The translations under genes and the position numbers were made by a program. From positions 42,619,532 through 42,683,531 of the forward strand of contig NC_068982.1 of the NCBI RefSeq assembly GCF_001194135.2: DNA of 64,000 nucleotides. The letters run 5' to 3'. The notes below the pieces were generated by a model. That model was not told the origin of the DNA and did not search any database. It saw nothing but the letters and a program-made list of their open reading frames with translations. The stretch is from Octopus bimaculoides. Lineage: Eukaryota. Of the stretch, positions 1-11,295 are shown piece after piece (the stretch's first letter is position 1; each line of letters begins with the position of its first letter).

Positions 1-575
1 ATATATATATATATATATACATATATATAAATGACGAAAGTCGCATTTGATGAAACATCAAGTATATTTGGTACATTTTCCACTGTGCTTTTATATTATT
101 TCAAATTTAATTTAAATGCTAATGTTAAGAAAACTTAGTTGAAATAAATACAAACATGATAATGATCTTCAAGTTAGTCTAATTAAGCATGCCATTTCCT
201 AGTTTCATTGAAATGTTTGAATGAAATGGTTTAACGAAAATGGAATGAAAACAAACAATGTAATATATGTAGAATGTGCCATAGTTAGCTTGAAGGGAAG
301 AAGAAAGAGAAAACACAAACAAAAAATTATTAAATCACTTATTTGTCAAATTACTTGAAGATAGATACATAACTGAAGATACAACTCCAATATCCAGTGA
401 TCATAATACAATAATTTCTACATATACTTATGGATGTTTGTTTCTTATAACAACTTTTAACTCATGAGTCGATCACTCTGCGTGATCTATGAGCAAGTAT
501 TTCTTTTACAACAGGATGATGTTGACCAACAATTTGCGAGTGAAATTGGACAGATAGAAGCTACATGAAAATCTA

Positions 576-659
<84 letters not shown>

Positions 660-861
660 GGATATATGAATGGATGGATAGATAAATAGATGGATAATTG
701 GCTAACTGATTGGGAAACAGACTCAGTTGTGCATCGAAGAAACCACAGAGCGATATTTGCATTAGTTCTTTTCCATTCTGATTACGATTTCCTACACTCA
801 GATTGACTTCTAATTTTTTAAAATTTTAACTGCTGAAATAAATTTTGGGAAACGCAAAGAA

Positions 862-1268
862 GGCGTAGGAGTGGCTGTGTAGTAAGTAGCTTGCTTACCA
901 ACCACATGGTTCCGGGTTCAGTCCCACTGCGTAGCACTTTGGGCAAATGTCTCCTACTATAGCCTCGGGTAGACGGAAATTGAAAGAAGCTCGTCGTATA
1001 TATGTATATGTATATAAATATGTATGTGTGTGTATATGTTTGTGTGTCTGTCTTTGTCTCCGTAGTATCGCTTGACAACCGATGGTGGTGTGTTTACGTC
1101 CCTGTAACCTAGCAGTTCGGCAAAAGAGACCGATAGAACAAGTACTAGGCTTCCAAAGAATAAGTCCTGGGGTCGATTTGCTCGACTAAAAGGAGGTGCT
1201 CCAGCATGGTCGCAGTCAAATGACTGAAACAAGTAAAAAGAAAAAAAAGAAAAAAGAAAAGAAAAAAA
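862..1268 (+). mobile_element. tRNA-derived SINE, family A (Octopus-type), near full length with internal (TA/TG) microsatellite and A-rich tail
   Basis: tRNA-like head GGCGTAGGAGTGGCTGTGTAGTAAG...GGTTCAGTCCCACTGCG (A/B-box-like). The 3' body (CTTGACAACCGATG...GGTGCTCCAGCATGG...TGACTGAAACAAGTAAAAG) recurs at 3150, 8428, 23640, 28975, 30280 and 47700. Confidence 0.9.
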
Positions 1269-1399
1269 CCTACACCGGTTTTCACTCACATACACATATA
1301 TACACACAGACACACATGTATACACATGTATACACATGTATACACACACAAACAAATTCAAATGCATATACACACGCGCGCACGCACACATGCACACAA

Positions 1400-1490
1400 A
1401 CACGAATACAAACACCAACGGGTTTCTGCAGTTTCCGTCCACCAGATTCACTAACAAGGTATTGGTATGTCCGGAAGTATAATAGACAAC
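1400..1490 (-). mobile_element. Family A SINE internal fragment
   Basis: ACGGGTTTCTGCAGTTTCCGTCCACCAGATTCAC is the reverse complement of the GTAGACGGAAATTGAAAGAAGCTCGT segment of the 862 copy. Confidence 0.6.
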
Positions 1491-1913
1491 AATATGAGAT
1501 GAAGAACTACCAATATAAACAAAGACGTCAGAACCGGAAGTAATTTTACATTGATGAATAAAGTTTCTAGTCTGAGAATTACTGATAAGAAAACGAATGT
1601 AATTGGAGTCAACTATTTTATTCCTTCTGGAATAATACGAATGTTTTCTTCGAAACATATGTTGGAAGTAAAACGATTGGAATAACACATGCGTTTAACT
1701 CCATTTATTTATTTATCTATATCATGCAAAAACATTTCACCTAAACCTGGAGTTTCTGCCTTTATAGGTAGGCTGTTACATCCTTGGCACTTGTGTGAAT
1801 TTTTCCTACCCTGGTAACTATTTATTTATTTTGCCGTGTTATTTGTAAACACTGAAAAAAGCACACACACACACGTATATANNNNNNNNNNNNNNNNNNN
1901 NNNNNNNNNNNNN

Positions 1914-2050
1914 TATATTCCAAAAGGATGCGAGTTGGGCTCGAACCAGAAATTTTTATGACACGTGCAATGTGAATAAAAAGGACTCTGGAGAAGGGTT
2001 CGGCCCAAAACGTCACGATTCTCTTCTGAAACTATAGAATTGTATCAGAA
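1914..2050 (+). mobile_element. Penelope-like terminal-repeat fragment with degenerate hammerhead-like core
   Basis: CTGGAGAAGGGTTCGGCCCAAAACGTC at 1988-2014 resembles the CTGANGAAGGG..CCCGAAACGTC motif typical of Penelope-like element ends (recalled), with two core substitutions. Confidence 0.4.
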
Positions 2051-3149
2051 TTTACGAAGTTCTACTGAGATCGCTATCTAAATAAAGCGGAAGTGAGACC
2101 GAAAGATTAACAAAGGACGTTATTAAAACGTAGGTGACGTCACCAGTAAAAAATTACTTCTTCGAAATATAATCCTTTCCTGGATATTTCTTTTATTTTA
2201 TGTGTTTTCTGTTATCCTTTTTTTCTGTCGCGAACTATTTTATTTATTTATATTTTCACTTATCTATATATTTGGTTATTTATTTTTATGGTCTGGTCAT
2301 TATTTGTCTGGGTCCTTGTTTGGATGGGATGGGGGTAAGTATGACCTACATTGAAGCGATCACCCTACATTAGGCAGTTCACGAAAGTCTAACCTACTTT
2401 CATCAACTTTTATCTGTACATATACAAGAAGAGACAGACAGGAGCATTAAACACCCGCACGACCTCACACACACACACAGACACACACACACACACAGAT
2501 ACGCAAACTCGCACGAACACGCGCATACGCACGTACACGCGCATACGCACGTACACTCCAACGGCAGAAAAATAACATCAAAAAAAGAACAAAAGAAAAA
2601 ACAATGGAGCGAAGATGCACCATATAGCTAGTCTTTTGTTTCTTTTTTTTTTTTACGTGGCCTTTCAACCTGTTAGACACAATAGCCGAATTTTCCGCAG
2701 AATCCACTATACCTTTTTTTTTTTTAATATTCGGAAAAGTCACGGCGGGAACGACTTTGATAATAGTTGAACAACAACAAAGTGTACCTTCATATGTCCG
2801 TTGCTTACATGCATACGTACATACGTACATACATACATACACATATACACATATACACACACACACATACACACACAATCATATATTTACATATATATAT
2901 ATGCGCATACCTATACACACACGCATGTACATACACATATACATAACTACATATATACTCACATACATATATATATATATAAACATACATACATGCATAT
3001 CTATATATGCATGTATGTGTATGTATGTATGTATTGGCATCTGTATTTGCTTGTGTCTATCCAAGACATGCATTATTTCTACCCTAACTCTGTGTTTTTT
3101 TAATATTTATCTTATTTTATACATACACGCACACACATATTTTTCTTCT

Positions 3150-3340
3150 TTCTCTTTTACTTGTTTCAGTCATGTGACTGAGGCCATGCTGGAGCACCGC
3201 CTATTGTCGAACAAATTGACCCCAGGCCTTATTCTTGGTAAGCGTAGTACTTATTCTATCGATCACTTTTGCCGAACATCTGGAACGGGGACGTAAACAC
3301 ACCAGCATCGGTTGTCAAGCGATGGTTGGGGGACAAACAC
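3150..3340 (-). mobile_element. Family A SINE, 3' half running into assembly gap
   Basis: CTTTTACTTGTTTCAGTCA...CCATGCTGGAGCACCGCC...GGACGTAAACACACCAGCATCGGTTGTCAAGCG is the reverse complement of 1071-1240. Confidence 0.9.
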
Positions 3341-4139
3341 NNNNNNNNNNNNNNNNNNNNNNNNNNNNNNNNNNNNNNNNNNNNNNNNNNNNNNNNNNNN
3401 NNNNNNNNNNNNNNNNNNNNNNNNNNNNNNNNNNNNNNNNNNNNNNNNNNNNNNNNNNNNNNNNNNNNNNNNNNNNNNNNNNNNNNNNNNNNNNNNNNNN
3501 NNNNNNNNNNNNNNNNNNNNNNNNNNNNNNNNNNNNNNNNNNNNNNNNNNNNNNNNNNNNNNNNNNNNNNNNNNNNNNNNNNNNNNNNNNNNNNNNNNNN
3601 NNNNNNNNNNNNNNNNNNNNNNNNNNNNNNNNNNNNNNNNNNNNNNNNNNNNNNNNNNNNNNNNNNNNNNNNNNNNNNNNNNNNNNNNNNNNNNNNNNNN
3701 NNNNNNNNNNNNNNNNNNNNNNNNNNNNNNNNNNNNNNNNNNNNNNNNNNNNNNNNNNNNNNNNNNNNNNNNNNNNNNNNNNNNNNNNNNNNNNNNNNNN
3801 NNNNNNNNNNNNNNNNNNNNNNNNNNNNNNNNNNNNNNNNNNNNNNNNNNNNNNNNTATATATATATATACATGTATGTATATATATATATTGATTTTGT
3901 CGACTACGCAAAATAAGGTTAGTTGGGCACCGTCTGTGAGATTAACATCACCATGACATAATTCACTCTGCAAGAAATTTTAAAACGATATGCTGCACTG
4001 CTTAGCATTCACCCCGGAAGCTCGAATATGAACATTTCAGAGTGTTTAGGGTGTCAATCTGAGAACAGTGCAGAGGATTCGGAAAGAGTTAAAATTACGC
4101 GTTAAATTTATTCCTTTTATTTCAATTAAAAAAAAATTA

Positions 4140-5198
4140 ATCATAATAATGATGATAAATACAACAAATCCCAGAATTAGACTACTGGAAACAAGCACAG
4201 AAAAAGGTAACCATATGAAAACCTGTGCTAAAACTGCTGCCTCAGATTTTATTACTGATAAATGGCAAGAAAAACCTCTCAATGCCAAATACCCAAAGAG
4301 AGCTAATAATGCCGATGTTGACAAAGCCCTTACCCATTAATGGCTAGTGTTTTCTGTCTTAAAATCAGAGACAGAAGGGTTTATCATAGCAACCCAAGAT
4401 CAATGCCTACCTGCAAGGAGCTGCCAGGCCAACATACTAAAGAACAACATGTCGTGTATGTAAACAACAAAATGTAACCATTGCTCGTATTGTCTCCATG
4501 TGCAGTCTTTTTGTTCTTACAGAGTATCTCAACAGGCATGATAGAGCAGCACGATATATTCAGTGGGTAATTTGCAAAAACTTAGACCTGCCCTATAATA
4601 AAAACTGCTGCGGACACAAACCACCTCCAGTGCTTGAAAATGGTCACATCTCACTTCTCTAGAACTTCACCGTTCAAACTGACAGAAAGATAGATGGGAA
4701 TAAGCCAGACATTATATTGAAGAGCTTCAGACAAAAATCATGCCTCCTCATTGATGTGACTGTCCCAGATGACATAAATGTATCAGTCAATACCTACCAA
4801 ATACTGAGCAAATATAAATATTTTGAAATAGAAATTGGCAAAATGTGGAACCTGAAGACTAAAACAATACCTGTTGTCACGGGTGCCCAAGGAAAAGGAG
4901 CTGATTCCTACCTAGCACAGATACCAGGAAACCCCAAAATGGAAGAAATTCAATAGATAGTGTTCATGGGAACTGCTCATATCTTACGTAAAATAAAGTC
5001 TATGTAATCTCAAATTTTAAAAGTAGCTGATAATTTTCTTATGTTTTCTTAAACATTCTCTTTGTGCAAAACCAAATATATGACATTCTAAGCATAACAC
5101 CAACTTGAACTTCTAACTCGTGGTCTCTTGAGGTCTCTGGCTGAGACTTGGAGTCAACTAGTACAAATACAAGGCAAAAGTCAAACATATTAATAATA
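4140..5198 (+). mobile_element. R4/Dong-like non-LTR retrotransposon, 3' fragment (C-terminal zinc knuckle + restriction-like endonuclease, 3' UTR, AAT tail); pseudogenised
   Basis: Stitched translation: DKWQEKPLNAKYPKR..ADVDKALTH*WL..LKSETEGFIIATQDQCL..CRVC..EYLNRHDRAARYIQWVICK..TDRKIDGNKPDII..CLLIDVTVPDD..KYKYFEIEIGKMWNLKTKTIPVV..GTAHILRK. The RHD, KPD and IDV..P motifs mark RLE-class LINEs. Stops and frameshifts are present; the element ends GTCAAACATATTAATAAT. Confidence 0.9.
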
Positions 5199-6868
5199 GT
5201 CATGTATGAGGGCTTATACTATATAAAGGCAAAGTAATATAATGAATAAAAGAAAGTAAAAATGAAATAACATTTCATGAAATAAAATACTCGGAGCATT
5301 TCAAACGTATCCTAATGTAATCCTTAATTTTCTTTGTACACTCAGATGACGTTCCATACAAGGTATTTAAAATGGAAAATTATATATTTATATGTGTTTT
5401 GTAATTTTAATTTTGTTTGCGAAATGAAATAATTGTAGGTGAATGTGTAGATTAATAAATGAATTAATTTGTATCCATTAGATCTCTGTTTTCTAACTAG
5501 ATAATAATGTTTAAAATGTTTTGATATTTTACGATATTTTATATAATATATTCATTGAAAAAAATATCTCTTCAAAATATATTATATCAAGCCAGTGTAT
5601 CTTGGATAAAGTATCCCTGTAAGAGGTTTAAATATTCTCATTGTGACTATATATATGTATATATATATATATATATATNNNNNNNNNNNNNNNNNNNNNN
5701 NNNNNNNNNNNNNNNNNNNNNNNNNNNNNNNNNNNNNNNNNNNNNNNNNNNNNNNNNNNNNNNNNNNNNNNNNNNNNNNNNNNNNNNNNNNNNNNNNNNN
5801 NNNNNNNNNNNNNNNNNNNNNNNNNNNNNNNNNNNNNNNNNNNNNNNNNNNNNNNNNNNNNNNNNNNNNNNNNNNNNNNNNNNNNNNNNNNNNNNNNNNN
5901 NNNNNNNNNNNNNNNNNNNNNNNNNNNNNNNNNNNNNNNNNNNNNNNNNNNNNNNNNNNNNNNNNNNNNNNNNNNNNNNNNNNNNNNNNNNNNNNNNNNN
6001 NNNNNNNNNNNNNNNNNNNNNNNNNNNNNNNNNNNNNNNNNNNNNNNNNNNNNNNNNNNNNNNNNNNNNNNNNNNNNNNNNNNNNNNNNNNNNNNNNNNN
6101 NNNNNNNNNNNNNNNNNNNNNNNNNNNNNNNNNNNNNNNNNNNNNNNNNNNNNNNNNNNNNNNNNNNNNNNNNNNNNNNNNNNNNNNNNNNNNNNNNNNN
6201 NNNNNNNNNNNNNNNNNNNNNNNNNNNNNNNNNNNNNNNNNNNNNNNNNNNNNNNNNNNNNNNNNNNNNNNNNNNNTATATATATATATATATATGTATG
6301 TATATATATATGCATATATACACGTGTGTGTGTACAGGCAGACATCTATGCTTAAATGCACACACACACACGCATTTGGATACACATATGTGTGCGTGTG
6401 TGCGTATGTCTGTGTATTTGTGTGCGTGTATAAATTATACGCACACAAATACACATGAACACAAACACGCACGCTCAGATACATGATAGGAAAAATACAC
6501 AAGAAACTTCCCTCACGCCTAAACACTAAACTCGTACATTCAACCACACAGAGATAAACGACTGTTTACATATTACATACGTATACAGTTGATGTATCTA
6601 TTAGATACACGCACAAGAGTACACATACATGAATATATGAATGCATGTATGCATGCATGTGTACTTATACACACATATGTAAATCAATTCCTGCATACAT
6701 ACATACATACATACATACATACATACATACATAGGGCTGACACATGACTGATTGTTAGATGAATATGTAGGTTGCGAGAGGTCTTTTGGCTCCACTGTTC
6801 TTGTCCCTTCTTTACTTTGGTGAGGCTTTAGTCGCCATAAGAACAGAAACGGTATTGACGAAATTTCG

Positions 6869-6939
6869 CTATCTTTGCAATTCAATATTGTCTGGTCCCG
6901 TTGGCTCGTGTCTGCCAAACGATTGCGACGCTACTTCGG
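6869..6939 (-). CDS. Candidate terminal coding exon (unverified)
   Basis: Minus strand has GCTAAC branch-like site + TCCTTCCTTACAG acceptor. One phase reads (x)EVASQSFGRHEPTGPDNIELQR* and another reads RSSVAIVWQTRANGTRQY*. No homology recognised. Confidence 0.15.
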
Positions 6940-8427
6940 CTGTAAGGAAGGAGTTAGCAACAGATATGTTTACAGATCAGGGTGTGGTGTGAGGCCCGGA
7001 AACGAAAAGTGTCGACCATTAAAGCCAAAAAGATAAAAAAAAAACAAAACAGAAAAGTAAGTAACTCAAAATTGTTTTAAAAATAAAATGTATTAAAAAA
7101 ATAATGAAATAAAATAAAAGAAGAAAAAGATGTGAATAAGACGTGATTTAAAGAGGCGAAAAATATAAAAAGAGAAAAATGATAAAAAAAGTTGACAAAA
7201 ATCTTGAATGGGCCTGCAAGCTAAATGTATGACCCCAGTGATTCAATGAAGAACACCAGCGATAAATACCAATCAAAAAATAGCCAGAGAATTCTGCTTA
7301 AAGAAAAATTCCGATTTCAGTTAGAGATTACGAATCGTGTTGAGCTGCATTTGAAATTATCATCAAGTAACTATTAACAGTATATCGCATTTTTACGGTC
7401 AGTACATACATACGTTATCAGTATTAGTCAATCGAGAGTAGTAAGATTAGTAGATTAACAGCTATATGTGTACCTGCAGCAGATTGAGTCCCCACTTCTA
7501 TATTTATGATCGTGGTAATTACTTCAACTCTGTTACCCATATTCAGTTTTAGAGACTTTTAAACGTTTAACAGTTTTTCTACTTTTTTCTTTCTTTTTAA
7601 AAAATTAAATGGCTATAATTTAATTTTGAAAAAGCCGGATGGGACGTGTAGCCATGTGTAATTGTTCCATGTCTCTCGATGACATAGCTCAGTGACGAAA
7701 TTTCAAGTTCGTGTAAGAAAGAATCTCAGCTGCTCACTTTTTCTCAGCCTAGTGACGATATGACTCGGATCAGATTGTATTTGCCTGGGTCGAGCACAGT
7801 CGATAATCGTAGCAAAATCAAACCCTCGATGCGCAGCCGACAGCAGCCAGTCAGCAAGACATTCCGTTGCAACGGCCTTTCTCCTTCGCGGTGGTGGACA
7901 TTGGCAAAAGAATGAGCAGGAAAGATTGAGGTAGAGGAGAAGGGGATGCAACGCAACGATAATGTACCTTCATCAGTTTCACTCACAGAAATCTTATGAC
8001 ATTTTCTTCTTCAAATTGATCGCGTGCAGTCGTCTTCTCTGGGCCAGTATCATTTGTCATCGTTAGATCTAAAAATCTTCACAAATCGATCATTGCAAGG
8101 AAGAGTGCTTGCATAGGGCATAGGCGGATTTTGCTTTAATCGATATCATAAAAAAGAATGCAGAAATTCGCCGGGCTACTCGAAATGTCAGGATTACATT
8201 TTTCGACGTAGTCAACGGCCGGTCTGGTAACCTTAAGGCATGTTAGATGCGTTATTGTTATTCCTTGTAACTTTTCTACGCCCAACTTTGTGAAATCTAC
8301 GTTCGTTACAAACTGGCGTTGTACTGGTGACAGGTCTATCGCAAATGGTAATAATTCGCAGCCATTTTTACCGTACACTCGCATTAGTGACAGTGTAGAG
8401 TAAAAATGGCACTAGCGCTGAAATTCT

Positions 8428-8745
8428 TTTACTTTTTACTTGTTTCAGTCATTCGACTGCTGCCATGCTGGAATGCTTGAAGGGTTGAGTCGAACAAATA
8501 GAAGTCAGTACTACCTTTTTTTTAAAGTCTGGCACTTATTCCCACCCTCTCTTTTGCCGAAACGCTAGCTTACGAGGACGTAAACAAATACCGGTTGTCA
8601 AGCACTGGGTGGGAGGACAAATACACACACACACATATGTATACACAGGCATATATTTACAATGGGCTTCCACATAGTTTCCATCTACCTAATTCACTTG
8701 AAGGGCAAATGGTCGCAAAGTGAGTTTCTTAACCACACAGCCCCT
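8428..8745 (-). mobile_element. Family A SINE, diverged, internally deleted
   Basis: Tail TTTTACTTGTTTCAGTCATT, body GGACGTAAACAAATACCGGTTGTCAAGC, (CA)n and head TTCTTAACCACACAGCC, all reverse complement of the 862 copy. Confidence 0.8.
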
Positions 8746-10425
8746 TCGATTAGTAGCTTCATTGGGGACGGAGATGAATATATGGTATTCACTTCGACCA
8801 CGGCAATTCTTTTTATTATTCCATATTATTTTCCTTTTTATGCAAACCGATTGAATTTACATTGAACACCCCAATTTTTACAGATCTACTGGAATTACCT
8901 TAGGTGATGGCGCAATATTGATATTCTACCGGTTAATCTAACAGTTCTCATGTATTTTCTAGTCAATCACAAGTCCTCTACAGAGTCAACGAGTCAGCCT
9001 CTAAGTAGGTACTCGACCGACTATAATAACCTGGCAAATCTACCACAAAACACACCCAACTGTTTTAGAAAAGAATTGATACGGATAATCCAGTCGCGAT
9101 AGTCATACATATGTATTGCATGGCCGCTTATTATCATGAGTTTATTACATCAGAACAGTCTGGGTCCAGTATCAATGACTTGTAGATGCTTTGAGCTTCA
9201 TGAGTTACCCACAAATTTCGTCTTTACTATCCACACAATAGTGAAGATACATGACAAAATCTACGAGTCACACAGAAGGAAAGAGCTTAGCAAATTCAAC
9301 AAAAAAGTACTTTTAGACTGAGGAAGTGCTTGACGAAATAAGTCGGCCGACCATACCTGTCTGCTTACTCAGGGGATAACTTACTGTCAGATATTGCTAT
9401 CTCATTCCTGTTTTAAACAATGCAGTGACTGCATTATCAGAGCGACATACATACATACATACATACATACATACATACATACATTTCGGTGCGAATGGTT
9501 TTGTTAAGAGGTATCGAGTTTTACAATTCTGTAAATATTATTAATAATGGTATATTTTTAATATGCTTTAAGCTTACAGCGATCACCGTGTAAATGACTA
9601 AGGAAAATAGTCTAATAATGGGGTATATAAGCCCTCGACAGAAAAAAAGTAGGCTTTCCTGATACCCCGACCTAGGAAGCTTAATGTTAAACTCGATGCT
9701 GAAATAGTTTCCACTGAAATTATTTCTGAAACTTGAAGCTGGTAGAGACTGTGTATTGCATAATTTTGTCCTTTTAAATCTATCTTTAATTTCAAATCCT
9801 ATTGAAGATTTAACCATTGTAATCTCTAATATCTGTCAAAGTCACTGGATAATCCAACAACTTATTACTATTAATACTGATGTTCATGATGATGGTCATG
9901 TTAACGATACAGTCCATATAACAAGACACGACAGTAAATGTGAGAAAGCTTTTAAGGAATTCAAACACAAATTTAGAGAAGCGAGCTGTAAATATTTTCT
10001 TTGAAAATATAAACCTTAGAAGCACCTGTTGAAGAAGACTGACACTTCAGACACACAGGTTTCTCGTTAAGATAAAAACTAATCGTGTCCCTACAGACAA
10101 GAACTTTCCCTTTGCCTCTACGCCCTTACTGTTCCCTCGTCTTCCTTTTACTATATTTTTCTTTATCTGTTCATATTTTTCAGCTTTTTCTTCTTCAAAT
10201 TCTTCTTTCTCTTTTCTATTTTCTCTTTCTGTTTCTTTTTCACTCTTCTTTTCTGGTGGCTATATTTCTTTATATTTTATCTTAACACCTTCTTGCGCCT
10301 TCAAACATCCTTTGCCATTTTTTCGTATATTTTAGTTCACTCTGCGTACGTTCGTTCTCCCTCACTTATGTGTCTTTCTACTTTTCATCACTATCTACCT
10401 CTCTCGCTTTCTCAACTCACCCCCC

Positions 10426-10526
<101 letters not shown>

Positions 10527-10555
10527 TATATATATATATATATGTATACCTTTCC

Positions 10556-10616
<61 letters not shown>

Positions 10617-10686
10617 CCTATCTATCTATCTATCTATCTATGCATATGCATGTATAAGTGTGTGCATATATACATATGTATATGTA

Positions 10687-10990
10687 TCTATATATATAAA
10701 ACTGAGAATGTGTGTGTGTCTATCTGTGTGTCAGTATGTGTGCATTACTAAAACTCGGCAAATACCAAACCGATTTCATTCAAATTTTACACATGCCTTA
10801 CTTAGGGTCCATGCAGTGTCATGGGCCCAAACAATTTTCAACTTTTTGCCTAAAGCGAGCACGCAGTAATCTCTTATTTCTTACATTATTTCAGTATTAA
10901 GTGTCAAAAGCGAAACAACAACATCTCTATTGTAATGTGGGATACATTCAGTTTTAATAATTTCAATAAAAATAATATTGAAAATATTAT
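10687..10990 (+). mobile_element. Non-autonomous Helitron-like element, 5' portion
   Basis: Begins A^TCTATATATATAAAACTGAGAATGTGTGTGTGTC (5'-TC terminus after A), followed by AAACCGATTTCATTCAAATTTTACACA, which resembles recalled Lep1/DINE-like Helitron 5' regions. No CTRR 3' end with hairpin was found. Confidence 0.5.
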
Positions 10991-11073
10991 TTCCAAGTGA
11001 GATAATATGTATATATATGTATATATAGTGAGATAATATATATACATATATATATGTATATAGATGTGTGTGA

Positions 11074-11097
<24 letters not shown>

Positions 11098-11105
<8 letters not shown>

Positions 11106-11295
11106 ACTTGGGGATGGTCATATTGCCAGTTTAGCCAATAAAAACACACGCACTGTATATTTGGTGTTAATTTGCTTCAGCTTTATATTACATTAATCTT
11201 AATCTTATTTCGGCCAGAGTTCTTTCGTCACACTTCTGTGACCTCATCAGTGGTCCTTTGTTTCCTTCCTTCTTATGTGTGTCTCACCTTGCTAA
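11098..11295 (-). mobile_element. Penelope-like terminal-repeat fragment carrying hammerhead-like motif
   Basis: Non-coding, non-microsatellite block between (TA)n tracts containing CTGATGA..GAAA on the minus strand. The element assignment is inferred from the known association of minimal hammerheads with Penelope-like elements. Confidence 0.4.
11212..11256 (-). ncRNA. Candidate minimal type I hammerhead ribozyme
   Basis: Minus strand: GGACCA CTGATGA G GTCACA-GAAG-TGTGAC GAAA G-AA-C T C / TGGCC. Intact CUGAUGA and GAAA boxes, perfect 6-bp stem II, 2-bp stem III, UC cleavage site, stem I CCA/TGG plus one further pair. Confidence 0.55.

Noticed and set aside
8060-8140. Minus-strand RLCPMQAL, reminiscent of the tyrosine-recombinase CPV.AL motif
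   Set aside because: One short motif with no accompanying catalytic R..HxxR..Y residues recognisable.
9315-9350. CTGAGGA..GAAA..GTC hammerhead-like string
   Set aside because: Stem II has only 2 bp and the stem I flanks (TAGA / GGCC) do not pair; compatible with chance or a fully decayed copy.
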